In this document: one piece after another, positions 58,056 to 64,000 of the stretch
Numbering within the stretch: the stretch's first letter is position 1
Layout: each line of letters begins with the position of its first letter
NCBI RefSeq assembly: GCF_000002075.1
Contig: NW_004797445.1
Coordinates: 193,579-257,578, forward strand
DNA: 64,000 bases
Direction: 5' to 3'
Origin: Aplysia californica
Lineage: Eukaryota
The notes under the pieces: model-generated
Seen by the model: the letters and a program-made list of their open reading frames with translations, nothing else
Told to the model about the DNA's origin: nothing
The model's database searches: none
Program-made: the position numbers and the translations under genes

Positions 58056-61000
58056 CTGGAATCCAAGAGGGGAAAAAAATGTAGTTTGAAATGCAAAATA
58101 AGGGAAACATTACAACAGAACAGAATATGAAACAGGAGTGGTAAAAACAAATTGCCATTATAAATATAACAAATGAATTGCCAAAAATTGGAAGAAATAT
58201 AGAACAAATTACTACAGCAAAAAATTATGAATTAGTCATCAACTCAATTTAGATTTGGATAGAAAGTACAAAGAAGAATAGAAACCTCTGAGAAGAAAAA
58301 TCAATTGATTCTGAAGTACATGCTAAACAAAGAGGAAGTAAAACTCAAAAAACATAAAGGGAGGGATATCAACAACTTTGTTTATTCCCTAGCTATTTTA
58401 GTCGAGGTAATAAACATCTCTTTTCTCTTTTGACAAAAAGTCATCCATGCTGTCCATCTGAGACAGGACAGAGTTGATGTGAGCACCACCTGATAAAAGA
58501 TTTTAAGCCCCCCCAGAAAATATTTTAATGTTTATTCAATACCTTTAAAAAATTCCTCCTTCATTTCAAGCAGGATATTTCAAGCAAGACATGTTTTAAT
58601 ATTTTTACTAGAAAACTATATCTTTCTAGCCTCTTTGTAAAACTGGATTCTGAAGAACTTTTTGAAATACAGTGTATGTCTCTTTTTTTACTTTTCCTTC
58701 GTCAGATTTATCCATCTAATGCATTAGCCATTTCTAACACCACTATTCTTTTAGGTGAAACGATGAGGTGACAAACTGACTCATCAATTCGTGTGATCGG
58801 TCTCGAGGAGAAATAAGTCCAAAAGAATCTTATTGGATTTCAGACCTCATTCAATATTCAGAACAATAGTACATAAATTTAGCCCACAACCTTCTGTTAA
58901 ATATAAAAAAGGCAGTCTAGCCATGAATAAGTGCGAGTGATAACTCCCTGTGAAAATCTCCTCTAGTCAATTTGTATATTTCCCTTATGGAATAAATCCT
59001 TCATATCAAACAGCGAATGGTAAAATCATCTATATCACGGTTACTTTTGTCCGTTCACATTCTCTTGAACACGTTTTCACTTCTATATCTCACTTATTTC
59101 TTTATGAAATGAACTGGAAATTTGGACATGGATTTCAAATTCTATTGAACTTCAGGAACATTTTCTGCCCTACAAAAATTTAAGCCGATACTGATTTCAT
59201 TTCTTTGTTTATTGCAACAACAAAAAACCCTTAAGATCAGTCACAATATAAGACTGTACGTAAAAAAGCAGAAAAACACAATGGATAATTTTTAAAGAAA
59301 ATTGCAAGAAACTGTGGGCATAAGAAAGTGAACGGACAACTGTAGTCTCAAAATATCATGTTTTTAGTACGCAGGCAGCTGGGAAGAAGTGATTGGCTCA
59401 ATCAGTAAAGGAATATCCATATTAATAGCATCGCAGTAGAAAAAAAGTATTTATTTGCCAATATTTTTGTAAATAAGCATTTATCTCAATTAGTTAAATG
59501 TCAAGAAACAGAACAATCCTCTTTTTTTTGTGTCAAGATGGGAGGGGACAGGGGGTTGAATATTATTAGAAAATAGATACTAGATCAGAGAGGCCTTACT
59601 ATATATCTCTCAAACCTGTAGTCAAATTTATTGGTGTCTGTGGTATAACAATTAGGCACTTTCCCTCTTTGCAGATTACGTGATTCCTGGTTGGAAAGGT
59701 TTATTTTATCACATATCTCCATCAATCTGCTGAAAAAGCTGGAACCCACTCTGCCTAGAATGGCCCTGACATACTGAGAAGAAAGAGCCCAAGTTTTATT
59801 AAATCTAAATCATGTTAAATGTTTACAATCTTAAGTCAAGTTCCTTTTAGTTGTGAACATTTGAACAACTTGGTCAAGTTAAAAAGACTACCAAGTGTAA
59901 AATGCTTTTTTCACAATGTTATAATGACGCAATCATTGCACACTTTACAATGGACAGTACTTTGGCTCCAACAAACATTGTATTTTGCTGATACAGACTA
60001 TCAAATAAAGTGCATTGTCTACAAAAAATACCATGTACTTCTTTTCTGTCCCTGGTGAATTTATTGTAATATTAATATCTAACACATTGTGACTCTTAAT
60101 CCTTTAGAGTGACAGCAGGTCGGCAGCCAATCTTATAACATGAAATAGTATAGAGGCCACCTGAATAAGCAAAGAATATAGAAAACAACCAAATATTTTA
60201 GCTTCTGTAAATGGAAAAATCAAAAACTTGCTACTGCAAATCTAGGCTGGAAGAAAACTGTTGTGATGTCCAAATCCTCTCATGGGTTAAGAGATTAAAA
60301 GTCAATAGTCCCCTGTGAGCTTTAAATATATAATAATAATTTAGGGTCATTCATTGTTTCTCAAACATGGTTCTCTAAAGAATTTTTGCATAATGAATTG
60401 GATATTTGATAGCTAGAGCCTGAGTGTACAACAAAGCAGTAAGAATCATTTAATGCAAACTGGCTATAGAGCACTATCTGCAAGCAGCCAAATGACAAAG
60501 AAAACGAGAAGTCCTGGGGTATTTTGTACTGCTGGCTGTGTGACTGCAAAGTGGTAAAAAAGCAACAATGCAAATAGGAGTAGTGACCTTTTCCAAGAAG
60601 GCAGCATGTCCTCATTCAATCATGAGAATAAAAAATTCATCTCTCCTTCCTTTTCAAGCTCCAAAGCAGAATTAGTGTTAAAGCTTTCTTTAATAGTGTT
60701 GATTGTGTAATGTGTACTCTTGTGTTTGACATCACAATATCTATGGAATATATTAGGAAAAGCATTAGGAAACCCACCCACATAACAAGAAATACCTTCA
60801 GTTCCCTTCCTATAGAACCTTAAAACATCTCCTACTCAGAGATAAATTAAAACAAACTGATTTTCAAGTGTTATACCAAGACAATACTAAATACAAAACA
60901 TATTTGACCCCCGAAAGACGGCTTCAGAAAAACAAGTAAAGATTGTGGAAAAAAATTGCAGACGTTTCACTCTCCGTTGACACAATTGAGAAAATTGAGT

Positions 61001-64000
61001 AGGAAGGTTGCTTCAATCCATCCCTTTCTATAAGTACAAACCAGGGCTTTGCGGAACACAAACTCCATGTAGAAAGATAACTATTCTCAGCACAATACAT
61101 TCCCCACTAGCACATTAAATTCACATTTTAGCGGGCAAGGCAGGAAAGCTAGTGGCAAAGCGACGACTACAGACCCCAAAACAATTGTGCAGCAGCATAA
61201 AAGAAAAAATCAAAAGATGTACAGCAGAAGCTGTCCAAGACCACTATCCAGCGTCAAGGAAAAAAGAAGTCATCTTAGACAGGTGGTCCTCTTGCAGTAG
61301 GTTTGAGTATTTATAAATCCTATCCACACACCCCCTTTCTCATCTTGCTCAACCTATCCCACACTGATGAAAGATTTAAAGTAAAGCCTTTGGAACTAGG
61401 ATAGATGGGTTAGAGTAGCGAGGCAAAGAGTTAGTATAAAAATATATCACAATCCTGTCATCCAGTAACTCACATGTCAGTCATATACGGGTTTGAATAG
61501 TCTCTGAATTTTCAGGGAAAAAGACAAGGACACCATACTTGAACATTTATCAAAGCTTATCTAAATTTAAGTTCCTGAAGTAAAAATATTTTGAAAAACA
61601 ATAAAATTGTCAATATTTCAGCAAAATTGAGAGAATGTTGATTCTGATGAGAGTGTTCAAAAGCAGACGAGATTGTACAGGAATACCCCCAAAAATATCA
61701 CTTATGTGAAGGGAAAGGAAGTCTTACAGTCATGAAAAAAAAAATTGCAAAAATGCGCCCTTCTCAATACTGTAATATTATTTAAGAGGCTCCAACCTCT
61801 TGCAGTTATGACAAAGAAGACAGAACTATCGATAGAGCAAGAAAAAGGCAGTGTTAATATGAGCAATATTTAGATGCTCATCACAACAACAAATTTATTG
61901 TCATCAGCAGATTAAGACAACAAAAATGCTGAAAACAAAGAGAAAAAGCAGATAGCGCCTGACCAAAGCACCCTTTAACCACCCTCTGAGTGAAAGGGGT
62001 ATGTCACTGAGAACAAACATGAAAAGATGAGAGAAGAATCATACAAGACTGGCAAGAAAAAGGAAATCAGTAGACAAATAGAGCACTGCCCTCATCTGGT
62101 TAACCTACTGAAGGGAAACAGCAATGTGCGTGACATTAACTTCACTAAAGGGCAGAATCTTTCTTTCATATGGCAAAGAAAAAGAACAAATTAGCATCAA
62201 GTGCCAGAAACGCTAGAGCAAAATAGAACACAAGACAAAAGAAAAGCAAATAACTTGCATAGAAAACTACCGCAGTATAGCAAGAGTCGGTATGCATAAT
62301 ACTCGATCTGTGCTTACACAACCCCATCTCAAGAAAGTTACCAAAATCAGTTCCGAATGTAAAAGCGCATTTCTCCTGATAATTGTAAAGAAAAGCAAAA
62401 GTCTTTCCAAATACCCTATAATACAAAGTATTATAGACAATCAAAGGTCAGAAAAGATTTATAATGAACTTATCAACATACTATACTCTCTGTTTCAGCT
62501 TGAAATATTTCCAGAGACATTTAGAATTTCTTGGACTGAGATTTTATTTGAGAGTGCTTGAAACTCATTGAAGGTTATAACAGTATCTATTGTATTGATA
62601 AAATAGTGTATGCATTACTAATAATGCCACCAACATTTTTACTTTGGAATTCTCATAAACATCATTTGTGGTGCTGAGGAAGAGAACATGGCATATGTGG
62701 TTCAATTCTAGCTTTGCATTATGATGATAAAACAAACAAAACATTCCTATTTGAAAACTTGAATGAGCACGTAATGTGAATGCTTATAGCAATGTGCGAG
62801 TGTGAGTCTGTGAGTGTTTCTGTGCTGCTCTGTACGTCTTATTCAAATCCAAATGGTCATCGGTATCCGTAATGTGGCTGAAGCAAATAGAAAACTAGAA
62901 CCTGAAAAGCTACTGAACATTTCCATCTCGCATAATTCATAAAAGCACCAAAATATGCAATAATGGAAGAAAACAAGTGCCTCATTCCTCAACAGTTAAA
63001 AGTTTGACTACTAAAAAGCAAGGCAACTCCACAAGTATCAACTGAAAACACCCACACAGAAGAGTACTTTGACTACCCAACTACAGGTTCGTGTGTCCAG
63101 CATTGTGCAGCTGTCCATACAACACAGAAATTTTCATAAAACCCCAAGCCATGTAGAATCAAGGGTTTTTTTCTGTCAGAGTAAAAGACTGTAAAAAGTA
63201 TACAATGGCAGTCACATTTTGCCAGAATCTGACTCAGAGAAATTAGTAGACTCTTGAAAGGAGTACAAGGTTCAAATAGGCAAACATTAAAGAGTATAAT
63301 AAACCAACGACTGACACATCAATGATCATTGAAGATGAGGAATATTCAAACAGGTTGGTAGTATTCTCATTTAAGGCCATCACAATCTTTTCACATTCTT
63401 GAGGAACACTGGATTTTTTGGCTGGGAAAGTGAAAGGGATGTCATCCTTTACGGAAAGAATTAATCAAAATATAAGAACTTTTCTTGTATTTTGAATCAG
63501 CTTTTCAGATTTCTAAGTACGAATGTGCAACAACTTTGGTTTTATTTTTTGTAAAACTGCAAACAGAATTTCACTGGCCTTTCAAGCAGTGACTGGAAAA
63601 GATTTTAAGGAGAAAAATGTCTTTTTCAGACTATGTCAGGAAATTCTGAAAATATGAGACTGTCAGCATGAAACAAAAATGGATACTGCTGTATAACAAA
63701 AGGAAAGGAAAGGTCAGTGAGACCTTCTTTCTTTAAAACAAAAGAGGAGAATCTGGAAAAGCTGAAAGACCTAAGGGGAAGATGCTCAAACAAGTCAATT
63801 TCTTTCCACATCTCATATTCTTCAGCCAATAGTTCAGCTTGGTGATTGCTTATTACATCAACAAGGAGGCAACTATCTTTTAACAATTTGTAAATTGTTT
63901 CAAAAAGACCTCAAAACCAAATGTATAGAATAAAACAAGATCAAACTATGATGACAGAGAGAAACATACAATATATTTTTTATATACTTTTAGGAATGCA

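Noticed and set aside
59669-59765. Possible upstream exon of gene 4 (AILGRVGSSFFSRLMEICDK...)
   Set aside because: Exit phase (1) is incompatible with the phase-2 start of exon 57922-58055; weak acceptor.
62166-63886. ORFs of 86-92 aa near the window end
   Set aside because: AT-rich, no motifs or convincing splice sites; compatible with chance intronic ORFs.

Overview
Eukaryotic (animal) draft-assembly DNA with many N-gaps. The repeat content suggests an invertebrate, probably a gastropod mollusc (inference). There is no prokaryotic content, CRISPR array, rRNA or genuine tRNA gene. Four spliced genes were reconstructed by hand from GT-AG sites and codon phase. (1) A + strand 8-exon coiled-coil protein with a C-terminal death domain (2735-20299). 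(2) A complete 5-exon, 233-aa CFAP299/C4orf22 (DUF4464) gene nested on the - strand inside intron 3 of gene 1 (7157-13308); the ORF track misses most of it. (3) PRCC on the + strand (7 exons, about 531 aa, 27049-40927). (4) The 3' end of an unidentified membrane-protein gene on the - strand (49983-58055 and upstream), with an inferred ~7 kb 3' UTR converging on PRCC. Most notable extras: an inverted, decayed copy of the death-domain exon with almost only synonymous changes; an internally deleted RTE retroposon with a candidate HDV-like ribozyme core at its 5' end; two tRNA-headed Nin/Deu-domain SINEs that share a 3' tail with a second, head-less retroposon family; several MITEs; and a 930-bp tandem duplication across a 100-N gap that is probably an assembly artefact. 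All homology calls are from recognition, not database searches.
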